Source: Deinococcales bacterium
Lineage (GTDB): Bacteria; Deinococcota; Deinococci; Deinococcales; JAAFIG01
DNA: 64,000 nt
Assembly: GCA_043778225.1 (NCBI GenBank)
Contig: JAYWGM010000072.1
Coordinates: 14,954-78,953 of the forward strand
Reading direction: 5' to 3'
Position 1 is the stretch's first letter. Every line of letters begins with the position of its first letter. Shown piece by piece: positions 39,160 to 46,860 of this stretch. The notes under the pieces are model-generated. The model saw only the letters and a list, made by a program, of their open reading frames with translations. It had not been told where the DNA came from and did not search any database. The translations under genes and the position numbers were made by a program.

Positions 39160-39891
39160 ATGGCAAAACTGAATCAAATCATCGCCGTCGAAAAAGGTGT
39201 CAAAAGCCGCTCGTTTCAAGAACTAACCGAGGCGCATCATGCCTTGCAAAAACCAACGCTGCTCTCGGGAATCTCGAGAACCTACCGCCCCAAGGACGAA
39301 GAAGGCGAGACCCTGCCACCAGAATCCACCAAGGTACAAATTAAATCTGAGGATGTGTTACGCCAAACAGCCAGTATTTTAACGCGCTTATTCGATGTAA
39401 CCGCCAGCAAGGACTGGGCAAACTGCGTGGCTAAGGCAAGTGTGATGATTGAAGGGCGTACTATTTTATCCGATGTTCCAATTACTTATTTGCTGTTTTT
39501 AGAAAAGCAACTGACCGATATTCATACTTTTGTCAAAAAATTACCTGTGCTGGATGCCTCAGAAAGCTGGGTTTTTGATGCTTCTGCCGATTGCTGGGCG
39601 ACCGAACCAGTGCAAACCCTACGAACCAAGAAAATTCCACGCAACCACGTTAAAGCCGAAGCCACCGAAAAACACCCTGCCCAAGTTGAAGTCTATTACG
39701 AGGATGTAACCGTCGGGTTTTGGCGCACCTTGAAATTTTCGGGCGCAATGCCAGCCAAGCGGGTCAATGAACTACTCGAGCGGGTCGAGAAGCTCCAAGC
39801 TGCCGTTAAATTTGCTCGAGAAGAAGCCAATGGCGTGGAAATTTCTGAGCAAAAAATAGGTGAGCGCTTCTTTGAGTACCTGCTGGGCTGA
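39160..39891 (+). CDS. Conserved hypothetical protein (coiled-coil/beta-hairpin), unknown function
   Basis: AGGAG RBS; 243 aa; motifs KLNQIIAVEKG, YLLFLEKQL, EATEKHPAQV, AVKFAREEAN. Confidence 0.85.
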   Translation: MAKLNQIIAVEKGVKSRSFQELTEAHHALQKPTLLSGISRTYRPKDEEGETLPPESTKVQIKSEDVLRQTASILTRLFDVTASKDWANCVAKASVMIEGRTILSDVPITYLLFLEKQLTDIHTFVKKLPVLDASESWVFDASADCWATEPVQTLRTKKIPRNHVKAEATEKHPAQVEVYYEDVTVGFWRTLKFSGAMPAKRVNELLERVEKLQAAVKFAREEANGVEISEQKIGERFFEYLLG

Positions 39892-39915
39892 TTTTGCACA
39901 AAGCCAAGCAGTCAG

Positions 39916-39944
39916 TTGCCAGCGACTCGAGACCTTGCTACAAT
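39916..39944 (+). promoter_or_regulatory. sigma70 promoter for the downstream ncRNA
   Basis: TTGCCA (39916-21), 17 bp, TACAAT (39939-44) with extended TG; no credible ORF follows. Confidence 0.75.
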
Positions 39945-39950
39945 ACTCGA

Positions 39951-40305
39951 GAAGTGCAAGCTAAAGAAATGAAGCTGAAACTCAATCGAGGTTTACGGTA
40001 AAAGTGCAGGTTCGAGTCCTGCGACCGCCACCAGATGGCGGGATAGCCCAATTGGTAGAGGCAACCGACCTCAAAACGAATTTTAGATTATCACTTCAAG
40101 CTAACGCATTCACTGCCGAACACCAAGTCAAACGCTCAAAGTCGGCAATCGTTGGATACGGGTTCAATCCCTGTCCGCTGCTTTACGCAGTGGTAGTTTA
40201 ATGGCAGAACACGACGATCTCAGAATGAACCTTGGGCTTAAACGTATTGGTGTGTGCAAATGGGCAGTAAACCTGAACCGTGGCGATGGATACTCGCCAC
40301 GGTTC
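39951..40305 (+). ncRNA. Structured RNA with two circularly permuted tRNA-like (YrlA/Y-RNA-like) modules
   Basis: Module 1 39988-40072 and module 2 40148-40218, each ordered T arm, loop-closed acceptor stem, D arm; 12-bp terminal hairpin 40275-40305. Confidence 0.8.
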
Positions 40306-40323
40306 TCCTGCTATACTCAAGTC

Positions 40324-40671
40324 ATGAGGCGAATTTTACTGCTGGGATTGGTGTTTTTTGGTTCTTTGGGTCTGGCGCAAATTGCTGGTGGTTTTAACAC
40401 AGCCGATGTGAAAGACCCCGAAGTGATTGCGGCGGCAAAATTTGCGCTTGCCGCCAAAAATACCAACATGAACCGCTCGGGCGCTCGAGCTTATACACTG
40501 CTCGAGCTTCAAAAAGCCCAAGTCCAAGTCGTGGCTGGCTTAAATTACCAAGTTTGTGTCAAAGTTAAACTCGGCAGTATTGTGCGTACCGCCGATGCTT
40601 TGGTGTATCAAAATTTACAGCAAAACTACAGTTTAAGCAGTTGGACTTGGAATAAATGCACCATTAAGTAG
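40324..40671 (+). CDS. Cystatin-domain secreted protein
   Basis: Signal peptide, AGG, QVVAGLNY; TATACT 6 nt before ATG (leaderless). Confidence 0.85.
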   Translation: MRRILLLGLVFFGSLGLAQIAGGFNTADVKDPEVIAAAKFALAAKNTNMNRSGARAYTLLELQKAQVQVVAGLNYQVCVKVKLGSIVRTADALVYQNLQQNYSLSSWTWNKCTIK

Positions 40672-40702
40672 CGCTGCTCGAGTCGCTTTGGTCTATAGCT
40701 TC

Positions 40703-41260
40703 TCAATGCAAGCAGTCCGAATGCTTAAATACCTCGAGCAGCACAGGTTTTGGTGTCACCCGAGAAATAACTGGGGCAAAAATATGACCTAGATGAAAGG
40801 TTTTTTGAACACAACTCGAGAGTCGAAAACGCCCAGCCAGAAAACGAAACGAGACTTTGCTCCAACCTCGCCAACCCGAACCCGCAAACTCGAGGACAGA
40901 AAAGCCATCTGGCTCGAGGCTAATTCGTGCAAAATTATGGTCTGTCCGCGCCCATGGGTCGCCAGCTACACCGCCACAAGCCGCACAGGCAACAATCCCA
41001 TCGGCTCGAGCTACACGCTTCAAATGACCTTGGGCATTTCGCAAAAAAATCAGTATTGGGCGAGGCGTATCAGGGTTTGTGGCTTCATCCCATGACCGCG
41101 CCAAAACAATTACATCGCTTCGTCCATCGTTGTTCATATCACCCAAAAAAACCCGCATAATCGCATGACGGGCTGGCAAACCACGTTGCAAGACTGCTTG
41201 GTCTCGAGAAATCGCAAAAACAGGCAAAGCAAAAAGCAACACCAGCAGCGCTCGCCTCAT
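40703..41260 (-). CDS. Secreted hypothetical protein (FG-GAP-like motif)
   Basis: GDMNNDGRSD, CAACGGVAGDP. Confidence 0.65.
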   Translation of the reverse strand: MRRALLVLLFALPVFAISRDQAVLQRGLPARHAIMRVFLGDMNNDGRSDVIVLARSWDEATNPDTPRPILIFLRNAQGHLKRVARADGIVACAACGGVAGDPWARTDHNFARISLEPDGFSVLEFAGSGWRGWSKVSFRFLAGRFRLSSCVQKTFHLGHIFAPVISRVTPKPVLLEVFKHSDCLH

Positions 41261-42189
41261 ACACTTTCCACAGGCACAGGTACTCGAGCAAGGAGTTCTT
41301 TGACCAAACCCTCGGCAGTCACACCGCGCAATCTGGCTTCAGCACGAAGCATCAGGCGGTGTGATAAAACAGCCACAGCCGCTCGTTTAATATCGTCTGG
41401 CAAAACAAAAGACCGCCCTGCGATGCTCGCTAAGCCTTGGGCAATGCCCTGTAGTGCTAGGCTGGCTCGAGGGCTTGCACCAAGGTACACTTCGGACAAT
41501 GCCCGTGTGCCGTGAACCAAGCGCACAATGTATTGGCGCAGTTCTGGCTCGAGATGGACTTGGCGGCTTTTGGCTTGTGCGGTTAGCAATTCCTCGCTAC
41601 TCGAGACTGCCATTAAAAGACCAATTGGATGTAGCCCACGCAGTCGGTGCAGCACCTCGAGTTCTTCTTCGGCAGTTGGATAACCAAGGGTACAACGCAC
41701 CAAAAAGCGGTCGAGTTGGGCTTCGGGCAAACGGTATGTGCCGTCCATTTCGACTGGATTTTGGGTGGCAATCACAATAAATGGCTTGGGCAAACTCCGT
41801 GTTTCGCCGTCAGCGCTAACTTGTCCTTCTGCCATTGCCTCGAGCAGTGCCGATTGGGTCTTTGGGGTAGCACGGTTAATTTCGTCTGCCAAAAGTAAAT
41901 TGGTAAAGACTGGACCCGCCAAAAATTCAAAACCAGTCCCACGGTAAACACTGACCCCTGTCACATCCGAGGGCAGTAAGTCTGGCGTGAATTGAACCCG
42001 CTTAAAGCCTAAGCCCAGCGAAACCGCCAAGGCTCGAGCCAACATCGTTTTTCCTGTCCCCGGCACGTCCTCGAGCAGCACATGACCACCCGCGAGGATT
42101 GCCGCCAAAGTTATCTCGAGGGTGGAATCTCGTCCAACAATCACTTTTGCCACATTTGTTTTAATCCGATTTGCAAACTCTTGAATCAT
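41257..42189 (-). CDS. MoxR family AAA+ ATPase
   Basis: DVPGTGKT, FTPDLLPSD, DEINRA, ATQNP. Confidence 0.95.
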   Translation of the reverse strand: MIQEFANRIKTNVAKVIVGRDSTLEITLAAILAGGHVLLEDVPGTGKTMLARALAVSLGLGFKRVQFTPDLLPSDVTGVSVYRGTGFEFLAGPVFTNLLLADEINRATPKTQSALLEAMAEGQVSADGETRSLPKPFIVIATQNPVEMDGTYRLPEAQLDRFLVRCTLGYPTAEEELEVLHRLRGLHPIGLLMAVSSSEELLTAQAKSRQVHLEPELRQYIVRLVHGTRALSEVYLGASPRASLALQGIAQGLASIAGRSFVLPDDIKRAAVAVLSHRLMLRAEARLRGVTAEGLVKELLARVPVPVESV

Positions 42190-43586
42190 AGATTTTCCTT
42201 TCTAAGCACACCTACGACCTGAGCCGCGATTTCAGCTTTGAGCGCATGGGTTTCGTCTGCCAATTGACCATACCTAACAGGTTCATATAAATGCGTTAAG
42301 GTGGTTACAGCTTCTTGGGTTTCTGGATTCTTTTCGGCATAACGTCTGGCAAATTCAAGTGGGGTTTCGGCTTGGGTGCGGGGAATTCCTTGGGCTTGGG
42401 CATACTCAAGGAAGGTTTGATAGGCAACTCGGACACGATTGGTGGCACTTTGGCTTGGGATACTCGAGAAAAGTACATTATCTGGCTCTTTATCTGGCTC
42501 GAGACGATACTGTTTGCCAAGACGACGAAAAAGCAAATAAGCAAAAAGTAGAGCAATCGCTGCCAGCCCAAACGGTATCCAAGTGCGTTGGGCTGTCACG
42601 ATTGGCGGTGCTTGGGTTGTGGCTTCTTCTGGGGCAGCGATTCCAGGCTGTCCACCTTGGCTCGAGAATGGTGTATCTGTACCAATACTTGGGTTTGAGC
42701 CTCCATTTGGGGCATTGAGTGCCAATGCAAAAAATGCCGTTGCCAGAATAAAAAATGCAATAATTGGCATTAAATCCCAGAGTGAATTCTTGGTTTTTTT
42801 GCCTTGCTCGAGTTGCCGATTAAACAAAAAAAATGCAAGCAGCACAACAAAAAAGTACAACACGGCAGTGGATGCCATCAATAACGAATCTTGGGTTTGG
42901 TCTATTCGGCTGGTGTTTGGCACTTTTATGGGTTGCCCAGAGGTGGCTTCAATCGGCATTTTTGGTAGTTCTCGAGGTTGGGCTGGTTGGGCTGCCTGAA
43001 TTGGCGTTCCACCTGTTGGGTCTTGGAAGGCGCTTGGAACGGGTAAAATCAAGCCCAGACTGGCAATAAAAACTGTTCCAGCCGCCAACCAGACCAAATG
43101 CAGCCTTTGCAGTTGATATGGATTTATGCCAATAAAACGTTGTTGCTTCTCGAGGGCAGCCAAAATTGCCAAGCCAAATAGCGCAACCATACCAAAGACA
43201 CTCGGGGCAAAGAGCAATAACAATAACGGCGCAAGCCATGCCCAAATGGTGCTATCTTGAACACCATCCAATGCCATACCAAGCCCATAACCCAAAACCA
43301 GCACCATAAAAAATGGCTCGAGACGATTAAATAAATTGTTGGGAAAGTCAAAAGGAGGCAAAAGAACCACCGCCAAGGCAGCATAGACACTCGAGAAAAT
43401 TGCGTATGGTCTCGAGCCTTGATTGATTCGAGCCAGCCACGCAAAAAGCGCCGCCAAGAGCGCAGGAAACCAGCCTACCAGCATAAACCACGGTATGGCT
43501 GCCAGCACCAGCAACGCCAATGCCATCAGGCTGCGTGGCTGAAAGCGGATAGCATCGGCGGTATGAATCACAGTATAAGTTACCAT
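42186..43586 (-). CDS. DUF4129-domain membrane protein
   Basis: Multiple TMs; ETPLEFA...LYEPVRYG. Confidence 0.75.
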   Translation of the reverse strand: MVTYTVIHTADAIRFQPRSLMALALLVLAAIPWFMLVGWFPALLAALFAWLARINQGSRPYAIFSSVYAALAVVLLPPFDFPNNLFNRLEPFFMVLVLGYGLGMALDGVQDSTIWAWLAPLLLLLFAPSVFGMVALFGLAILAALEKQQRFIGINPYQLQRLHLVWLAAGTVFIASLGLILPVPSAFQDPTGGTPIQAAQPAQPRELPKMPIEATSGQPIKVPNTSRIDQTQDSLLMASTAVLYFFVVLLAFFLFNRQLEQGKKTKNSLWDLMPIIAFFILATAFFALALNAPNGGSNPSIGTDTPFSSQGGQPGIAAPEEATTQAPPIVTAQRTWIPFGLAAIALLFAYLLFRRLGKQYRLEPDKEPDNVLFSSIPSQSATNRVRVAYQTFLEYAQAQGIPRTQAETPLEFARRYAEKNPETQEAVTTLTHLYEPVRYGQLADETHALKAEIAAQVVGVLRKENL

Positions 43587-43730
43587 TTGTGGTCAAACTT
43601 TGACTGGCAGTAGTACAAAAACCCGATTGAACCATTTTGCTCAAGGCTGCGTACTTTATCCCGAGGATGCCCAATGACACTGGCTTATTTTCCAATAACA
43701 ATGCCAAACTTTACGGTTAAAATACCAACT

Positions 43731-44303
43731 ATGGGTTCTTTGCCAGATTTGTCGGATGCCGATTTGGTGGCTCGGTTTCTTTGGCGCGATGAAGCCGCTC
43801 TATCCGAAATTTATGACCGTTACTCGAGTCTGCTGTTTGGCTTAGCAATACGGGTTTCGGGGTCTAAAGAACGCGCCGAAGAAGTTGTTCAGGATACCTT
43901 TATGAAACTTTGGCGCAACCCCAGTTTGTTTGACCCTAACCGCGCGGCACTATCTACTTTTTTAATCACGCTGGTTCGCAATGCCGCCATAGATACTTTG
44001 CGCCGCCAGCGTTACAGCAGCCCACTCGAGGACGAATCTGGCGAACCCTTGCCAATTGCCAGCCAGATTGCCACCCCACTTGAGCAAGCCGAACTGGCAC
44101 AGACCGCCGTGCGGGTTCGAGCCGCCATGACCGAATTATCCGAAGCCCACCGCCGCACCGTTGAATTGGCATATTTTCAGGGTGCATCTCGAGAAGAAAT
44201 TGCGCTAGAAATGAATGTGCCACTTGGCACAGTCAAAAGCCGCTTAAAATATGCCTTAGATAAACTCCGCGCCACCCTTGGCGAACTCTGGGGGACAGCA
44301 TGA
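43731..44303 (+). CDS. ECF sigma factor (SigK-like)
   Basis: AEEVVQDTF, LAYFQG, PLGTVKSR. Confidence 0.9.
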   Translation: MGSLPDLSDADLVARFLWRDEAALSEIYDRYSSLLFGLAIRVSGSKERAEEVVQDTFMKLWRNPSLFDPNRAALSTFLITLVRNAAIDTLRRQRYSSPLEDESGEPLPIASQIATPLEQAELAQTAVRVRAAMTELSEAHRRTVELAYFQGASREEIALEMNVPLGTVKSRLKYALDKLRATLGELWGTA

Positions 44304-45514
44304 TTCAAGAATTACTGCCCGCCGTGGCACTTGGGATTGCCACACCCGAAGAAATACGACTGGTCAAAACCGCCCTCGAGACGGATACTGCTTTGCAAGC
44401 CGAGTACGCTCAAATCCAAATGGCACTGGTTGGTCTTGGGGCTGGGGCTGGTCTCGAGCCGCCAAGCGACCTCAAAGCCAAAGTGCTAAAAAACGCTCGA
44501 GCCAGTCTGCCACGCACCAGCCATCCAAGACCGCGAGTTCGGGTTGTATCGCGTTCGCCACGTTTGCCTCTGGCTTTCCCTTGGGTAATGGCTGGACTTT
44601 TGGCGACGCTAACAGCCGTGGTGGTCTTTTTTGCCCAACCAGCCAGCCAAATCAATGCCACCACACTGGCAACCACTTTGGATGGCAGCATTATCTATGC
44701 CAATTCTGGGGCAATGTCACGGGTTATACCTGTGGTCTTTGTGCGTTCGGATGGCTCGAGCCTGCCAATCAAATTTAGCACCAACAAAGAGAGCCAATTC
44801 AAAGCCGCCATCTCGAGCGACGGCTTAACCTATTTACTCGACAGCGCCAATAGCACAGTTTTTATTATCGAAGAAAAAACGGGAACCTTAATAGACCGTT
44901 GGCTTGTCCCCGAAAATGCCACCGCCATGGATGTGGTCGGAAATACTGTGGTGGTACGCTCAAATCTGGTAGCACTAATTTTTCGACGCAATCAAAGCGG
45001 CGAAAAAAGCATGGTCGAAGCACGGCTCTCGAGCAGCAGCAAACCCAATGCCAGCCCAGAAGCCGCCGTCATAGATGGAAACAATCTATACACCACCGAC
45101 CAAGTAGCTGGGGTGATTCATGTCTTGAGCAGCCAGACTGGACAAGAAAAAACGCAGTTTGAAGCCCCCGAAAAACCGATTTCGTTGGCGGTCAGAAATG
45201 GCTTGTGGGTCTTAGATGCCGCCGGCGAATTGCTAAAACTCGAATTAGCAACAGGTATGGTTCTCGAGCGAATACCGCTTGAAGGCACACCGCAGTTGTT
45301 GCGCCTCACTGACCAATATGCCTTTGTTGCTGACCAAGAAGGATTTATGAGCGTAATTGATTTGACCAAAAAAGCGGTTACTGCCCGTAAACGCTTGCAA
45401 AATCCAGCCATGGGATTATCAATCATGCCCGATGGACACTTGGCGGTTGCCCTCGAGAAACGTGGGATTATTGTGCTGGACGATAAACTCGAGATGATTA
45501 AGCAAATCAACTGA
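44300..45514 (+). CDS. Anti-sigma factor with periplasmic beta-propeller
   Basis: RskA-like N-terminus (ELLPAVALG...PPSDLKAKV), one TM, YncE-like repeats. Confidence 0.7.
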   Translation: MIQELLPAVALGIATPEEIRLVKTALETDTALQAEYAQIQMALVGLGAGAGLEPPSDLKAKVLKNARASLPRTSHPRPRVRVVSRSPRLPLAFPWVMAGLLATLTAVVVFFAQPASQINATTLATTLDGSIIYANSGAMSRVIPVVFVRSDGSSLPIKFSTNKESQFKAAISSDGLTYLLDSANSTVFIIEEKTGTLIDRWLVPENATAMDVVGNTVVVRSNLVALIFRRNQSGEKSMVEARLSSSSKPNASPEAAVIDGNNLYTTDQVAGVIHVLSSQTGQEKTQFEAPEKPISLAVRNGLWVLDAAGELLKLELATGMVLERIPLEGTPQLLRLTDQYAFVADQEGFMSVIDLTKKAVTARKRLQNPAMGLSIMPDGHLAVALEKRGIIVLDDKLEMIKQIN

Positions 45515-45647
45515 TGGGCTTACAAACCAAGTACCCTATGGGTTTCAAACCAAGTACCCTATGGGCTTCAAACCAAGTACCCTATGGGCTTCAAACCAAG
45601 TACCCTATGGGCTTACAAACCAAGTACCCTATGGGCTTACAAACCAA
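45514..45647. repeat. 23-24-bp tandem array (~5.7 units) containing the stop codon of the 45637 ORF
   Basis: ATGGGCTT(A)CAAACCAAGTACCCT units at 45514, 45538, 45561, 45584, 45607, 45631. Confidence 0.95.
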
Positions 45648-46004
45648 CAGTCTGCTCGAGAATTGTTTGTACTGGAACACGATTTGCACTTTGTTGCAAA
45701 ACCCAAGCCGAGAATTCGGCTGGAACATCACGCCACAATAAGCGCAAGCCCACCAACACCACGCTTTTAGGTAGTCTGAATTGCTCGAGCCGTGAACCTC
45801 TTGATGGAATTCGAGAATCGGAAATTATTTTTTGTACCCGCCAAATCTCATGGCGCACCAAAACATTGCCACCCTGGTCAGCAAAAACTTGGTGGAAAAC
45901 TCGAGAACCTTGTGGCAATCCGCCAGCCGCATCCAAAACACCGCTCGAGAAAACTTGCCGCCCAGTCGCATCCATGCCACGTACCTCGAGCCACAATTGC
46001 CGTA
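45637..46004 (-). pseudogene. C-terminal remnant of a probable multiheme cytochrome c family gene
   Basis: RQLWLEV...SSGVLD...FHQVFADQ...HEIW...DSRIP resembles C-termini of such proteins; 5' part replaced by the IS630 fragment. Confidence 0.45.
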
Positions 46005-46184
46005 ATGATTGGAGCATGGATGATACAAGGACAAATGAGCAAATTATACTGTCGTGAACTCAAAGGCAATTGTACAAGTCCACAGGTACAAGAATTTATT
46101 GAAGACCTGACAAAAATACGAAAGAAGTCTGATCAAATGATGGTGATTGTCTTGGACAATGCTGCCTTTCATAAAACCAAGTGA
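46003..46184 (+). mobile_element. IS630-family transposase fragment
   Basis: IGAW...FIEDL...VIVLDNAAFHK DDE motif; AT-rich; truncated on both sides. Confidence 0.7.
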
Positions 46185-46247
46185 ATTCTACTGTGCACTT
46201 TTTGCACAAAATATGCTCCAAGTCGCTATACCTTTATATAGTGGAAT

Positions 46248-46280
46248 CAAAAAGACCCTGTTAAACACAGGGTCTTTTTT
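46248..46280 (-). terminator. Intrinsic terminator after tRNA-Phe
   Basis: AAAAAGACCCTGT-TAAAC-ACAGGGTCTTTTT. Confidence 0.8.
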
Positions 46281-46355
46281 GGTGGCGAGAGCCGGGCATG
46301 ATCCGGCGACACTACGATTTTCAGTCGTATGCTCTACCAGCTGAGCTACCCCGCC
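46280..46355 (-). tRNA. tRNA-Phe(GAA)
   Basis: GGCGGGGTAGCTCAGCTGGTAGAGCATACGACTGAAAATCGTAGTGTCGCCGGATCATGCCCGGCTCTCGCCACCA, 76 nt, CCA encoded. Confidence 0.92.
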
Positions 46356-46415
46356 GTGGTAAAGCCTTGCAAATAACCGTTTGAAAAATCGCCCGAGCGA
46401 ACCCGGGCTTTTTCG

Positions 46416-46491
46416 TGGCGGACCGGACGGGATTTGAACCCGCGACCACCCGCGTGACAGGCGGGTATGCTAACCGCTGCACCACCAGTCC
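46416..46491 (-). tRNA. tRNA-Asp(GTC)
   Basis: GGACTGGTGGTGCAGCGGTTAGCATACCCGCCTGTCACGCGGGTGGTCGCGGGTTCAAATCCCGTCCGGTCCGCCA. Confidence 0.96.
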
Positions 46492-46521
46492 AAGGCAATG
46501 CTGCTCTCTCGAGCGGCGAGG

Positions 46522-46550
46522 AGTATACAAGCCAAGTTGCGTACTGTCAA
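46522..46550 (-). promoter_or_regulatory. sigma70 promoter of the tRNA-Asp/Phe operon
   Basis: TTGACA-17 bp-TATACT. Confidence 0.85.
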
Positions 46551-46573
46551 CTGTTTTGCTGCTAGACTTGGGT

Positions 46574-46834
46574 ATGACTTCTGAAGAACGAGTGGTTTTA
46601 GGTGGCAATGTCTGGATTTTCCTCGAGTCTCAACCAAGACCAATTGCCGAATCTTTTAGGCGAATGCTCGAGCCAGAGGGTATTCCCAGTGTCCTCAAAA
46701 CACCTTATGGTTGGGTGATGAATACCAATGTGATTGAAGTTGAAACGGGTATTTATCAAGGTGATGTGATGCTGTACGTGCCAGAAGTGTGTTTAGAGGC
46801 AGCTCGAGATATTTTGGGCGAACCTGAATTGTAG
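46574..46834 (+). CDS. DUF2007-like small protein
   Basis: LEPEGIPSVLK...LYVPE...ARDIL. Confidence 0.7.
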   Translation: MTSEERVVLGGNVWIFLESQPRPIAESFRRMLEPEGIPSVLKTPYGWVMNTNVIEVETGIYQGDVMLYVPEVCLEAARDILGEPEL

Positions 46835-46856
46835 GGCTTGCCATGGCAAGCCCTAC
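46831..46856. repeat. GTAG-type REP palindrome / hairpin between convergent genes
   Basis: GTAGGGCTTGCCATGGCAAGCCCTAC. Confidence 0.7.
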
Positions 46857-46860
46857 GCGA

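Noticed and set aside
40037..40182. Canonical or intron-containing tRNA-Leu formed from the D arm of module 1 and the T arm of module 2
   Set aside because: The acceptor strands (GGCGGGA vs CCGCTGC) do not pair in register, there is no CCA end and no group I intron core. Each half pairs better within its own permuted module.
40004..40323. ORF 40004..40201 and the N-terminal extension of ORF 40201..40671
   Set aside because: They overlap the structured RNA and have no RBS. The cystatin gene has a better start at 40324 with a signal peptide.
45514..46184. Plus-strand ORFs 45514..45741, 45561..45770, 45584..46057 and full-length 45792..46184
   Set aside because: These are products of the tandem repeat or antisense to the minus-strand remnant. 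Only the last ~60 codons resemble an IS630 transposase.
46321..46608. ORFs overlapping the tRNA genes
   Set aside because: Shadow ORFs over tRNA-Asp/Phe; the real DUF2007-like gene starts at 46574.
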